64,000 nt of DNA from IMG/VR virus record IMGVR_UViG_3300028549_001428. One strand, 5' to 3'. This stretch comes from a virus. Lineage: Duplodnaviria; Heunggongvirae; Uroviricota; Caudoviricetes. Position numbers and translations under genes: made by a program. The notes under the pieces were generated by a model, which saw only the letters and a program-made list of their open reading frames with translations, did not search any database and had not been told where the DNA came from. Shown here in pieces: positions 28,570 to 38,929 of the stretch (position 1 is the first letter of the stretch; each line of letters starts with the position of its first letter).

Positions 28570-29261
28570 TTTTTACCCATATTGACTAGATGCACCGTAA
28601 AATTTTCTAAATACTCTTTTAATGTGATTCCTGAGAAATCTGACATATATAGAATACAGTATTTACGATCAGACCCTAAACAATCTTCTAGTCGGCTATA
28701 ACAATTAAAAATATATTTCAATTCTTTGTCCAAAACAACATTATTTAATGAATTTGAAATAATTTCTTTATATTTATTGATTAACCATAGTTTCCCTGCT
28801 ATATGGAAGATTGACATACCATTACCAAAACTTCGGTATACGGTTGATTCTTTAACATCTGGGGTGTCACATAATATAATATTATCAATCACTGATATAT
28901 ATTCAGCATAAAATGTAGAGGCTGCATCATCTATAAATAACATTTGGTGGATAATGTCAATCCAATCAATAACGATTCTATTAAATAATGTAAAAAATGA
29001 AATCGGTAAGTCGCATATAGCTTTATTTTTGTTATTAATTTCATCATTTATAAGATCATATAATAACGATGAATTTTCTCTATCCATTTTAAATGAATTT
29101 ATGTAATCTAATATAATTGGATTATCTGTATTTAAAGGGTCAAATTTAACCACTTGTCTATGCAGTGATGTATAACGATATCCTGTATTACTTGAATAAT
29201 CATAGATAAAGTCATTCATCTTCTTTCTCCCATTCAACAACAGATGGACTATACAACGCAT
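28542..29261 (-). CDS. Hypothetical protein (start probably 29219)
   Basis: ORF in the operon; ATGA overlap with the upstream gene. Confidence 0.5.
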   Translation of the reverse strand: MRCIVHLLLNGRKKMNDFIYDYSSNTGYRYTSLHRQVVKFDPLNTDNPIILDYINSFKMDRENSSLLYDLINDEINNKNKAICDLPISFFTLFNRIVIDWIDIIHQMLFIDDAASTFYAEYISVIDNIILCDTPDVKESTVYRSFGNGMSIFHIAGKLWLINKYKEIISNSLNNVVLDKELKYIFNCYSRLEDCLGSDRKYCILYMSDFSGITLKEYLENFTVHLVNMGKKWQDARNLK

Positions 29262-30123
29262 GATTCATTTCAAAAATAGATCCGTGATGTGGGTCGATAA
29301 CACACATTGAATTTGTGGTACATGTTATTGAGAATGAATTAAAATCACATAAATGTAAATTACATCTAATTAATATGCAATCAACCATGCTTGATCGTCT
29401 GAAATCACTATTTCTTATATCAATATTGGTAAAAACGCACTGGATTAAGTCATTATCTTTAAAATCCGTCTTTGATAATAACGAATCTATAAATGATGTG
29501 TATAGAACTTTTGATTGGATTAAACTCGTGTTGGACATAGAACACGCCACATACATACAATCACATATATTGACATAATCATTAATTGAATGTTCTAAAT
29601 TGGATTCATAGAATCTAGTTCGAGCAATTGCACTTGATGTGAAATCACATTTGGTTAATGTGCATGAATTAAATATACATGAATTTATAACCGAATATGT
29701 TAAATTACAGTCAGTAAATACACAATTATAAAAAACACATCCACAGAAATAACTATTGCTTAAATCAGAACCCGTAAAATCACAACCTACTATTATTTTA
29801 CCAGTTAATGCAATGGCTTCTACCAGTAATTTATTATCATTTACTCGGATTCTATATTTATCTAATTTATTTGGTTTGTATATAATTGAAGTAGCTTTTG
29901 CATCTACTAATTGATCTAATTCAGCATTTATATCAGTATCTAACTGATCAGAAAATATTAGATTCTTATCTACATTTAGCTTTATTCGTTCACCAACATG
30001 TCTTAATTCAGTTGAATGCGTTAATGATTCCAGTTCATGTACAGAATAACCAAATGTATTAGCTACCTTTATGTTCCAGTTATCTGCTGTTAAATTTACT
30101 AGGTCATTAAAATATATATTCAT
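29212..30123 (-). CDS. Pentapeptide repeat protein
   Basis: Extended 5-residue periodicity (CDFTG SDLSN SYFCG CVFYN CVFTD CNLTY...). Confidence 0.85.
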   Translation of the reverse strand: MNIYFNDLVNLTADNWNIKVANTFGYSVHELESLTHSTELRHVGERIKLNVDKNLIFSDQLDTDINAELDQLVDAKATSIIYKPNKLDKYRIRVNDNKLLVEAIALTGKIIVGCDFTGSDLSNSYFCGCVFYNCVFTDCNLTYSVINSCIFNSCTLTKCDFTSSAIARTRFYESNLEHSINDYVNICDCMYVACSMSNTSLIQSKVLYTSFIDSLLSKTDFKDNDLIQCVFTNIDIRNSDFRRSSMVDCILIRCNLHLCDFNSFSITCTTNSMCVIDPHHGSIFEMNHALYSPSVVEWEKEDE

Positions 30124-30186
30124 ATCTTTTATTATAATGGATATATAATAAAAGATATTTTTAATTTACTATAAAATAGCAATTAT

Positions 30187-32427
30187 TTAGTATTTAGTTC
30201 TAGTTGGAGCAAGTGACACTTCTCTCAAGGATGAATATCTACCATCATGACTGACTTCAATTTTGTTGTCAAAGCATTCTGTAATATCAGTTCCACGGTG
30301 AGTTATCAAGTATATACTACCAATTTCTTCTATTTTATTCTTTAATAACATTACCATGTCTCTAAGTGCTTCTGCATCAGTAGATATATCCAAAACTTCA
30401 TCTAAGAATAGGATATTGATCTTGAAATCAGCAATTCTAGTAACGAAATCTCTAAATGCCATAGCAATAGCAAAATTAATCTTACGCTTCTGACCTTCAG
30501 ACAACCCATTATACACTTCAGCTAATCCATAACGACTAGTAAAGGTGTATTGCATGGTTTCATCGAATTCCACAACATAAGGCAAATCAAATATCTTCAT
30601 ATTATCCATAATTGCTCTATTCAAGTTAGGAACGAAAATATTTAATACTATTTTCTTCATTCCCTTATCGGAACACATGGAATCTATATATTTGGTTATC
30701 TCTATTTCATCGGAATATTTAACTACTCTTTCCTTTGCTGTATTAAGATCCTTTTCAATATTTTGTAATTTTTTAATTGTTGAATTTAATGAATCTTCTA
30801 TATTAGAATTAACACTTTTTTCAGCAATAATAGCCTTTTTTGATGCAATTGTTGATGTAATTGTAGTAACATTTGTATCTGCATTTAATTTTATCTGTTT
30901 CTGCGTTGCTGCTTTCACTCGTAAATCATTTAATTCAGCTTCTAATATCTTCTTTTGTGCTAATTTAGCATTTAACTCATCTACCTTTTTAGTAGCTTCG
31001 ATTACACTACCAACACCAGCCGTATCAATAAGATTTTTCTTATTATTGATAGAGCGTTCCATTGCATCTATTGATGTAATTAGTGGGTTATATGTATTAC
31101 GTTCATAATTACTATAATCTTCATAAAAACCTGCATATTCAGCTAACTTCAATTTAATATCAACCAATTGAGCTTCATAGGTATCTACTAATTTAGTTAA
31201 TTCAACACACTGAATATTTATTGCATCATTCGTCTTTTTTAATGCTTTATATTCTTCTCTATATGACTTCTTTATTGTTTCGATATCATTTTCAGTAGAT
31301 GGCTTTCCGCATGTATGGCATGGTATACCAGCAACTAAAGCATTTGCTTTTGCTGTAATTCCTTCCAAGGTTGTGGTGTTAATAGCCATTGTGGTTTGAT
31401 ATGAAGACACCTTTTTATCACCGTCTTTTATCAATGCATTTAATTCAGTTGATTTTGAATTTAATGTTTTTACATCAATCGAATCAACTAGTTTCTTTTT
31501 TGCATCTAACGTATTTTTTATTGTTGGTGCATTATCTAAAAGGATAACTAATTGAGCTTCCTCTGTTTTTATCAAAGGAAACACAGAAATTACATTGTTA
31601 TATTTAACCAATTCAGAATCAACATTAGACAATAAATCATATTGCGTCTTAATTTCTTTACCAGAATTTAAAACCGTATTGTACTCAAGTGTTGTGTTAT
31701 ATGCGGTTTTTGTTGCTTCTACTAATGATACTTCCAACGTTTCGACTTCTTCTTTAAGTTCTAATATGTTATTAGCACGTTCAGCTTCCATCTGTGATAT
31801 TATAGTAGATAATTCAACTCTATCTTTATCATACTTAACTACATCGCTTGTGGCAGAATCAAATTTAGTCATAGCATCTTTATACGCTATCTTATTTAAA
31901 TCCTTCCATTTATCAATACACAATACTAATACGGATTCCATCAACTCACGTTTGTCTTTAGGTTCCATATCAATGAATGGAACTGTGCTGATAGTATTTA
32001 ACGAAATTATATTTTCCCATATAGAAGTATTGAATCCCAATATTTCTTCTTCAAATACTTTTTGAGAAACCGAGGCTTCCTTCGGTACTAGTACATCATT
32101 CTTATACATGACTGTTTTTGTACTACCTGAACCTGTCATAGTTCTCGACATAACATATTTATCAGAACCCTTACTATCAGTTCTGATGAACTCACCCTCA
32201 ACAAATAAATTAGACTTATTTGCTGTGTTCTTCAGTTGTTCTTTTTTTATGTTTCTATATGGCTTATTGAAAAACAATAAATTCATTGCTTCCAGAATAG
32301 CACTCTTACCTACACCATTTGGTCCAGATATCCAGGTCACGCCCTTCTTAAAAGTAACTTCATTAATGTTATTACCATAAGACAAAATATTAGAAAATCT
32401 CAATCTAACTAAGTCGAGTGAATGCAT
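30187..32427 (-). CDS. gp46: SbcC/Rad50-like recombination ATPase, gp46
   Basis: Walker A 'GPNGVGKS', Zn hook 'CHTC', signature 'LSEGQK', Walker B 'LFLDE'. Confidence 0.93.
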   Translation of the reverse strand: MHSLDLVRLRFSNILSYGNNINEVTFKKGVTWISGPNGVGKSAILEAMNLLFFNKPYRNIKKEQLKNTANKSNLFVEGEFIRTDSKGSDKYVMSRTMTGSGSTKTVMYKNDVLVPKEASVSQKVFEEEILGFNTSIWENIISLNTISTVPFIDMEPKDKRELMESVLVLCIDKWKDLNKIAYKDAMTKFDSATSDVVKYDKDRVELSTIISQMEAERANNILELKEEVETLEVSLVEATKTAYNTTLEYNTVLNSGKEIKTQYDLLSNVDSELVKYNNVISVFPLIKTEEAQLVILLDNAPTIKNTLDAKKKLVDSIDVKTLNSKSTELNALIKDGDKKVSSYQTTMAINTTTLEGITAKANALVAGIPCHTCGKPSTENDIETIKKSYREEYKALKKTNDAINIQCVELTKLVDTYEAQLVDIKLKLAEYAGFYEDYSNYERNTYNPLITSIDAMERSINNKKNLIDTAGVGSVIEATKKVDELNAKLAQKKILEAELNDLRVKAATQKQIKLNADTNVTTITSTIASKKAIIAEKSVNSNIEDSLNSTIKKLQNIEKDLNTAKERVVKYSDEIEITKYIDSMCSDKGMKKIVLNIFVPNLNRAIMDNMKIFDLPYVVEFDETMQYTFTSRYGLAEVYNGLSEGQKRKINFAIAMAFRDFVTRIADFKINILFLDEVLDISTDAEALRDMVMLLKNKIEEIGSIYLITHRGTDITECFDNKIEVSHDGRYSSLREVSLAPTRTKY

Positions 32428-33758
32428 TAAAATACCTCTTCATCATAATTACTGTTCATATTTAGTGGATCATCAAACACACCACCTAGTGATTGGAATA
32501 CTCGCTTTGGTTTAACTGCTTCATTATATTCCATTTCTTCTTCACTTACCTCAACCACTGGTGTAAATACATCTGGATGATCATTCACATAATTAATATC
32601 AAGTAATGAATAATAGCCCATATCTTTCAATTTATTCACACGCTGAAGCATTTTATCATTTATACCCAATTTGGATAAAATTTCAGTACCTTCAAATTCG
32701 GCAGTTACTGCATCGATTGCTTCACATATAGAACGCTGGACGTGTGTAGGAATATACTTAAAATCAATTAGTTTTTGATTTCTAATATATTGATTATCCC
32801 AACCTTCTGATTTTGATTTGGTGTATACATCAGTAGTTGCTTCATATAAAGTCTTTGCAGTTCCTTTACCAACCTTTTTCTTCTTGTTAGGTAAAGCCAT
32901 TCCATTGATATTATCCGAACTATCACCACTCAATATTTTAGTTTCGAGATACTCAACTGGACTTACGCATTCAGTCATATTATCTGTGTAATGGTTATAT
33001 ATTTTAACGTTAGGATTGGTTAATAGCTGATTAAAGTCGGAGTCTTTACTTATTACAATAATGGAATCATAATTACTATTTAAATATTGTGTTGTTACAT
33101 AAGCAACATCATCACCTTCAGCACCAGTAACCCGAACACATTTAGCTCGGTATAATTTACCTATCTCAGCGGCAAAAATTTCCTTATGTTCTTTCCATAG
33201 AGATTTTGGTGTTATAAATTCCCATTCTTCTCCACGTGTTCCTTTATATTTAGGTAACATAGGAGTTCCATTAGGCATATACAAACTCCACATAACATCT
33301 TGAGTTGCTTGTGGTAATTGATTCAGCTTACGTGATTTTAAAGCATATATATGAGCATCTGCTATTATATCCATCGGTGTAAACATATAGTCATCACCAT
33401 TTTTATATACTTTAAATAAACAATTGTCAAATCTTATATAGAAAGCAGTAGCATCATAATATACAGTTGCGTTTTCACCGTAATATTCTTTAACATAATC
33501 AAAACGCCATACGTTCTTTCCCTCTAATGCACATACAATATCTTTAGGATTAAATAACTTTATATATTTTAGCATCTTATTAACCATATGATTATTCCAT
33601 ACAATTAATTCATCTTCGGATGATTCTAAATTTAGAACTGTTGTTCTCTTCTCTGATTTCAGAGAGTGCATTTGGTGGTACGATAAACTAGCCCAATCGA
33701 CTACTAATAATCTATTAGGTGAAAAAGGGTACGATTTTAATGGATTATATGTATTCAT
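32427..33758 (-). CDS. rnh: T4-type RNase H / 5'-3' flap exonuclease
   Basis: 'LLVVD', 'YKGTR', 'EGDD', 'SKDSDFNQL', 'GDSSDNI'. Confidence 0.85.
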   Translation of the reverse strand: MNTYNPLKSYPFSPNRLLVVDWASLSYHQMHSLKSEKRTTVLNLESSEDELIVWNNHMVNKMLKYIKLFNPKDIVCALEGKNVWRFDYVKEYYGENATVYYDATAFYIRFDNCLFKVYKNGDDYMFTPMDIIADAHIYALKSRKLNQLPQATQDVMWSLYMPNGTPMLPKYKGTRGEEWEFITPKSLWKEHKEIFAAEIGKLYRAKCVRVTGAEGDDVAYVTTQYLNSNYDSIIVISKDSDFNQLLTNPNVKIYNHYTDNMTECVSPVEYLETKILSGDSSDNINGMALPNKKKKVGKGTAKTLYEATTDVYTKSKSEGWDNQYIRNQKLIDFKYIPTHVQRSICEAIDAVTAEFEGTEILSKLGINDKMLQRVNKLKDMGYYSLLDINYVNDHPDVFTPVVEVSEEEMEYNEAVKPKRVFQSLGGVFDDPLNMNSNYDEEVF

Positions 33759-33791
33759 GGAATAAATATAGCATTATACTGAAAAATATAT

Positions 33792-34058
33792 CTAATTTTT
33801 ATTACATAATTCTCGTATATATATTCTTTGCTTTATGAATTCATCAACTTGAGAATTTAATTCATCCATATATGCAATTAAATCAGTTATGTTATGTGAA
33901 TCACCTTTTCTATATTGAGACATATCCTCACATGCCAATACAGAAATCAAAACGTCTCGTTGAATTATAATATCATCAATATCAACCAACGCCAGTATAT
34001 CATCATTACATTCAATTATGTTCATTACTAAGTTTAATATATAATCAGTGTTTTTCAT
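33792..34058 (-). CDS. Hypothetical protein
   Basis: ORF coupled to RuvC gene. Confidence 0.45.
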   Translation of the reverse strand: MKNTDYILNLVMNIIECNDDILALVDIDDIIIQRDVLISVLACEDMSQYRKGDSHNITDLIAYMDELNSQVDEFIKQRIYIRELCNKN

Positions 34059-34726
34059 AATTTCTTTATTATTTTAGTTTCTGAAATGGATTGTATTTTT
34101 TTGCTTGATTTATGTTCAATTAAGGTTACTTTCCCTTCTGTAAGAGCCTCTGCACCTAATGTATCATAAATAATATGGGTTCTCAATACTTCAGCAATCC
34201 AGAATGCGTCACATAAATCCGAATGAGGACTATCATTCTGTGGTAACTTATCAAACTGCTTTGGATATAATTGTGGATACTCTTCTTTAAACATAGCAGA
34301 CATCTGAGTTTTATCTGCTGATCCACTACCAGTAGCAAAACGCTTTATTACAGACGGTGGATATATCATAATACCCTTACCAGCATCATAAAACATCTTT
34401 TTCATACCACCTATAAACTCACCTATCTGAAAAATAGAATTTGTTTTGGTTGCACCATATGCATATCCTTCAAATGCTACATGCTTAACATCATCCATAT
34501 CTTCATTTATTATTTCATACGCTATATTTTGTCGATCAAACATATTAGATTTCAAATACTTGGTTCCGACTGATGTTAAGTTTACATTTTCCTCATTAAT
34601 ACATCTTATCTTTACACTATTATAACCATAAAATTTAATATCTATAATTGAAAAATTATTAGGACCTAATTCCATAATACATTTTCCACTTGAGTTCATT
34701 GAGGGGTCAATTCCACATATTTTCAT
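34055..34726 (-). CDS. RuvC-like Holliday junction resolvase
   Basis: 'ICGIDPS', 'AFEGYAYG', 'KRFATGSGSADK', 'DLCDAF'. Confidence 0.85.
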   Translation of the reverse strand: MKICGIDPSMNSSGKCIMELGPNNFSIIDIKFYGYNSVKIRCINEENVNLTSVGTKYLKSNMFDRQNIAYEIINEDMDDVKHVAFEGYAYGATKTNSIFQIGEFIGGMKKMFYDAGKGIMIYPPSVIKRFATGSGSADKTQMSAMFKEEYPQLYPKQFDKLPQNDSPHSDLCDAFWIAEVLRTHIIYDTLGAEALTEGKVTLIEHKSSKKIQSISETKIIKKL

Positions 34727-34829
34727 ATAAAAACCATTATTATATCATTTTTTATTGACGATGATATAAACTATTTTATATAAAAATACATTATTAACAA
34801 TGTACAAACAATATATTGAGGTAAATACT

Positions 34830-34979
34830 ATGAAAAAGTGTAATATAATAAACCCAGCAATTAATCCTATAGCTGGTAGAAAATTAACTACTGGGAAAAT
34901 ATTAATGGACAGAACTGTTTATGCAAGTAAAACAGTTACTGAAGAACAGAAACTAAATATAAAACCATTATTCAGTTAA
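34830..34979 (+). CDS. Small late protein, 49 aa, not in the ORF track
   Basis: MKKCNIINPAINPIAGRKL...KPLFS; GAGG RBS; TATAAACTA at 34765. Confidence 0.5.
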   Translation: MKKCNIINPAINPIAGRKLTTGKILMDRTVYASKTVTEEQKLNIKPLFS

Positions 34980-36739
34980 ATAAACTGAGATGGTTTAGAT
35001 TTAGGCTTAATCCCTGTAGTTTTTTTCTTCTTAGAGACTGCCTTTGTAGCAGTCTCTTTTTTTGCTGTTAATGAATCTGGATCTACCGTAGCTTCAAATA
35101 TACCAGTAAGATCCAATTCAGTAATTGGGATATCATCCATCTGATAATAGAATTTTCTGAAGCGATAATGTTGCATCGCATAGTTTTCTTTTAATCTAGG
35201 TGTTCCACCCTTTCGTGGCTTAGTATAATAACTGCAATTATCACAAATATCAAATACTCGTGCTAATTTCTTATCTTTATGCGCACGTACTATTCTACCT
35301 ATAGACTGAACAACTTCATACATTGATTTGGAAAATTCAGCTAATACCAAATTATGGAGTAATTTTATATTTACGCCTTGCTTCATAGTACCATAGGTAG
35401 CAATTATTATATTACCTGTACTATTCTCCATTTCCTTTCTGATTTTTTCACGTTCCTCGGTTTCAATATCACCCTGAACTACATAATATTTAAACTGAGG
35501 ATAGGTTTCAGTTAAATATTTATACATATCAGCTAATGTACTCTTGGATTTATATAGCATTACCGTGTTTTCATCGGTTCGTATTTTTCCCGATGAAATA
35601 AGTAAATCCATTACTCGCTTTCGACTTCCATTATTTGTAATTAATGAATATTCTTCTTTATAGTTCTTGCTACATACAGTAGCCCTAATAGATTGAGCAT
35701 AAGGCACAATTAATGTTATAACTTCAACTGGGGTTAATATACCCTTTTGTACTAGTTCTTTTAATCTAACTATATCTTCTTTTCTACCTAATGCGCCTTC
35801 AACCCAAGCGGCATCTAAGCCTTCAGTTGGTAAAGTACCCGATAATCCAATTTTAAAATCAGTTGCATTAACACATTTATCTAAGATATCTCTTAATACA
35901 GCACCACGAGTTCCATGTGCTTCATCAACTATAACAGCAGTAAATACAGTGAAGAATGAATCTGGTTTATTCTGCAAACTCTGCCAAGTTGAAATAGTCA
36001 CAGGTTTGAGCATAACCTCTTCACCCAATTTCAACTCTTCTAAATTTCGTTTTTGTTTAGCTGTTAATTTATCCTTAGAATCGCCATGTATCAATGTACA
36101 ATAGTCTTCAGCACCAACCCACCCATAATCATCATGATAATCACTATATAATTGTTCAACTAAGTTAGTTGATGGAACTATAACTAATATTTTTTTCTTT
36201 TCTACTTCCATCAAATATCTGGATATAACATACATAGACAACGACTTACCAGCCGCTGTACATGCTAATAACGATGATCTTCTACCATTTAATGCACGAT
36301 TTACTAATTTTATTTGATGTTCATAAGGTGTTATAACCTCATTACTTTTTTTATTGTATAAATTTAATGTAGATATGTATTTAGTTAAAAACTCATTATC
36401 AATTAAACCATTAGGTGACTTATATACTTTTTTTACAGCATCACTTACTCGAATGCGTAATTTTGGTTTTCTATCTTGTAAATATTTAGTTGCTCGTGGT
36501 ATTAAACCAATAGGCAATGTTTGAGTTGCTTTATCGTATATGTATATAACACCGTCAGTAAACCCTTCATCATATTCCCATGTGTATAGAGTTTTGGTAT
36601 CAAAATAGGATAACCCAGAATACAATAAGGCATTAATGCCATTTATTTCATCCTTGGATGGTGCTGTAATTCTAATAATGGCTTTGGTAGAATCGTATAT
36701 ATCAAATTCTACATAATAATCGTTGCTTATTGTATTCAT
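34976..36739 (-). CDS. uvsW: UvsW SF2 helicase
   Basis: 'TAAGKS', 'ISTWQS', 'DEAH', 'GLSGT', 'QSIGR'. Confidence 0.9.
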   Translation of the reverse strand: MNTISNDYYVEFDIYDSTKAIIRITAPSKDEINGINALLYSGLSYFDTKTLYTWEYDEGFTDGVIYIYDKATQTLPIGLIPRATKYLQDRKPKLRIRVSDAVKKVYKSPNGLIDNEFLTKYISTLNLYNKKSNEVITPYEHQIKLVNRALNGRRSSLLACTAAGKSLSMYVISRYLMEVEKKKILVIVPSTNLVEQLYSDYHDDYGWVGAEDYCTLIHGDSKDKLTAKQKRNLEELKLGEEVMLKPVTISTWQSLQNKPDSFFTVFTAVIVDEAHGTRGAVLRDILDKCVNATDFKIGLSGTLPTEGLDAAWVEGALGRKEDIVRLKELVQKGILTPVEVITLIVPYAQSIRATVCSKNYKEEYSLITNNGSRKRVMDLLISSGKIRTDENTVMLYKSKSTLADMYKYLTETYPQFKYYVVQGDIETEEREKIRKEMENSTGNIIIATYGTMKQGVNIKLLHNLVLAEFSKSMYEVVQSIGRIVRAHKDKKLARVFDICDNCSYYTKPRKGGTPRLKENYAMQHYRFRKFYYQMDDIPITELDLTGIFEATVDPDSLTAKKETATKAVSKKKKTTGIKPKSKPSQFI

Positions 36740-36773
36740 CTATTAAAAATATCTTAATTTATATTAAAATACA

Positions 36774-37820
36774 TTATTTCGATGAAGGATTTATAATATC
36801 ATTTGCAGAAACTTTCTTAATATTATTTTCTATCTCTTTGGGTTCTGTATTATCACCTAATATTTTTGAAGCATCAACTTCTTTCTTTTCAAGTTCCTTT
36901 GGTTGGTTTAATATGTTAGATGCTGGTTGTTCTCTAGGTATATATTCAACATCGGTTTCGTCCTGAATTAAATCAGATGCTGGTGCAGGTTCTGCGTCAG
37001 GTGCCTTTTCTTCTTCTTCGACTGTTTTATTTGCATCATCTATAACATTTGATGCATTGTCTTGAACCATCTGATCCATTTTTTGACCAGCTTCATATAA
37101 AGAATCTAGAATAGGAGCCTTCTCTTCTGTAGGTATGGCTACAGGTTCACCACGTTTTCTTTCTGGTGGTTCTTGTATAATTTCTAATGGTTGCTTACCA
37201 TCATCTACTTTCTCTGTTTTTTCTGCGTCTACAGTAGTAGTATTGTTAAATTTTCTAGCCTTACTCATTATATCAAAAGCATTTGCTGGGAAATATTTAA
37301 GCACCGAATGTAAATGCTTGCACATCGAAAGATTACCACTCGGATCTCTCACTTTAGGGAATGATGGATTTGTTTGTGCATTAGGCACTAATGTTGATAA
37401 TCCAGTAGCTAACGATCCTTTATGATTTCCACTAGGTCCATTATTGTGCATCATACCAGACCAATAAAAATCATAACAATTACAATGAACTCTTACATCT
37501 GAGTTAGTTAAAATATCCTTATATAATTTTGGTTGCCATTTTTCTTTAGCTAATGCAAATAACCCACCCTTTGTAGGAACAATAACCTCAACCACAACAT
37601 CATATTGTTTACCACTATCGCTTTGACTATTAACCTTCCAATGAGTTCGAGCATGTCCATCAGTTGATTGATCTATTGATTCAAATTTTGTTCTATGTAT
37701 ACCAGATGATCTAGCTTTTCGAGCTGGATCTACATGCGTATCCAATGAGGCAAATGATTCTTCAATGAGAACATTCTGGGTTTTTGATAATGCTTTTAAT
37801 AATTGACTAATTTTAATCAT
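36774..37820 (-). CDS. SWIM zinc-finger protein
   Basis: 'VHCNCYDF...MCKHL'. Confidence 0.65.
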   Translation of the reverse strand: MIKISQLLKALSKTQNVLIEESFASLDTHVDPARKARSSGIHRTKFESIDQSTDGHARTHWKVNSQSDSGKQYDVVVEVIVPTKGGLFALAKEKWQPKLYKDILTNSDVRVHCNCYDFYWSGMMHNNGPSGNHKGSLATGLSTLVPNAQTNPSFPKVRDPSGNLSMCKHLHSVLKYFPANAFDIMSKARKFNNTTTVDAEKTEKVDDGKQPLEIIQEPPERKRGEPVAIPTEEKAPILDSLYEAGQKMDQMVQDNASNVIDDANKTVEEEEKAPDAEPAPASDLIQDETDVEYIPREQPASNILNQPKELEKKEVDASKILGDNTEPKEIENNIKKVSANDIINPSSK

Positions 37821-38697
37821 TTCTTGCCTGATGGAATAACATATTATATTGAGTTTCGTCTAATACAGTAATATATTCTGAATTATTGTTTAATACACTC
37901 ACATATACAATATATTTTTGACCTTCTGGTAATTGCATGAATTTTAATTCTTCTTCAGATCCTTTTATTTTAGCGGTGAGTGCTAGATATGGCTCTTGAG
38001 TATCAGGACGTATCATTTCGGATGTAGATGCATAATATTTTGTAATATACGTGGCAGGTACTTTACCCTTGACCATTTTTGTGCCACCTTTACCTGTTGT
38101 GAAGCAGTCATATTCTGATGAGTTACCAAACTCTGATTTCTTAGTTAGTAATAAATTTCTAAATACAGGTGTTTTCGATTCCTCATTTGCATTTAATACA
38201 GAATCTATTTCTGATTTAGTTAATACACCATCCAAATCTTTTTCATCTATATCTTTTAATTGTTCTGTTAATTGAATTTCAGGATATCCACTACTTTTAT
38301 CAACCGCATTCTTCGAGGATTGCTGTGTAGGTTCCTTTTTTCCATCAATTGGCTTCGTTTCAGGTTCTTTTTTTGGTGATTTATCAGCAGAATCAGGTTT
38401 TTTAGTATCCTTTTTTAATGGATCTTCTTTTTTTGTAGCTACTGGAGGTGGGGTTTTTGGTTCTTCCTTAATACTAGCATCATACATACCATTTTTCGTA
38501 GTATTCTTGGTATCCATTTCTATCATATCTGGACGTTTACTGCTAGTAGGTTTGGCTTGAGACGTGGGCTCATTTTTCTTAATTAATCCACTTGATTCAA
38601 ATAAACCTATTATACTACCACTATTTTCAGCATTAATAGTTTTTAATAATGTTCTTTTCTCGGACTCTAATAATTGTAATAAATCATGTTTCTGCAT
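37813..38697 (-). CDS. Hypothetical late protein (possible internal head protein)
   Basis: TATAAACT upstream; LLES/LFES motifs; charged low-complexity region. Confidence 0.5.
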   Translation of the reverse strand: MQKHDLLQLLESEKRTLLKTINAENSGSIIGLFESSGLIKKNEPTSQAKPTSSKRPDMIEMDTKNTTKNGMYDASIKEEPKTPPPVATKKEDPLKKDTKKPDSADKSPKKEPETKPIDGKKEPTQQSSKNAVDKSSGYPEIQLTEQLKDIDEKDLDGVLTKSEIDSVLNANEESKTPVFRNLLLTKKSEFGNSSEYDCFTTGKGGTKMVKGKVPATYITKYYASTSEMIRPDTQEPYLALTAKIKGSEEELKFMQLPEGQKYIVYVSVLNNNSEYITVLDETQYNMLFHQARND

Positions 38698-38730
38698 ATA
38701 AAACCTCTGTTAGCAGTTTATAATAACAAA

Positions 38731-38885
38731 AAGGGAAAACATAAATGGTATTCATTTCTTATATCTTCTCTCTTATTTCTAAAAAAAATCTGATTTGTTA
38801 ATTTGCTTTTTGTAATTTTGATCTATATTGATGCTTAGAAGGGAAAACATAAATGGTATTCCATTCTTATATTCTCATTCTCTTT
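38731..38885 (+). repeat. Imperfect ~40-bp direct repeat (aagggaaaacataaatggtatt...cttatat) x2
   Basis: Copies start at 38731 and 38839 in a divergent intergenic region. Confidence 0.8.
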
Positions 38886-38929
38886 CTCAATTTTGTTCTA
38901 GATTTCAACTTTTTTGTTATATTTGTCCT

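Noticed and set aside
38828-38929. N-terminal extension of the PolA-like ORF from TTG 38828
   Set aside because: Overlaps the direct repeat and promoter; ATG 38930 fits the TATATT-N6-ATG pattern
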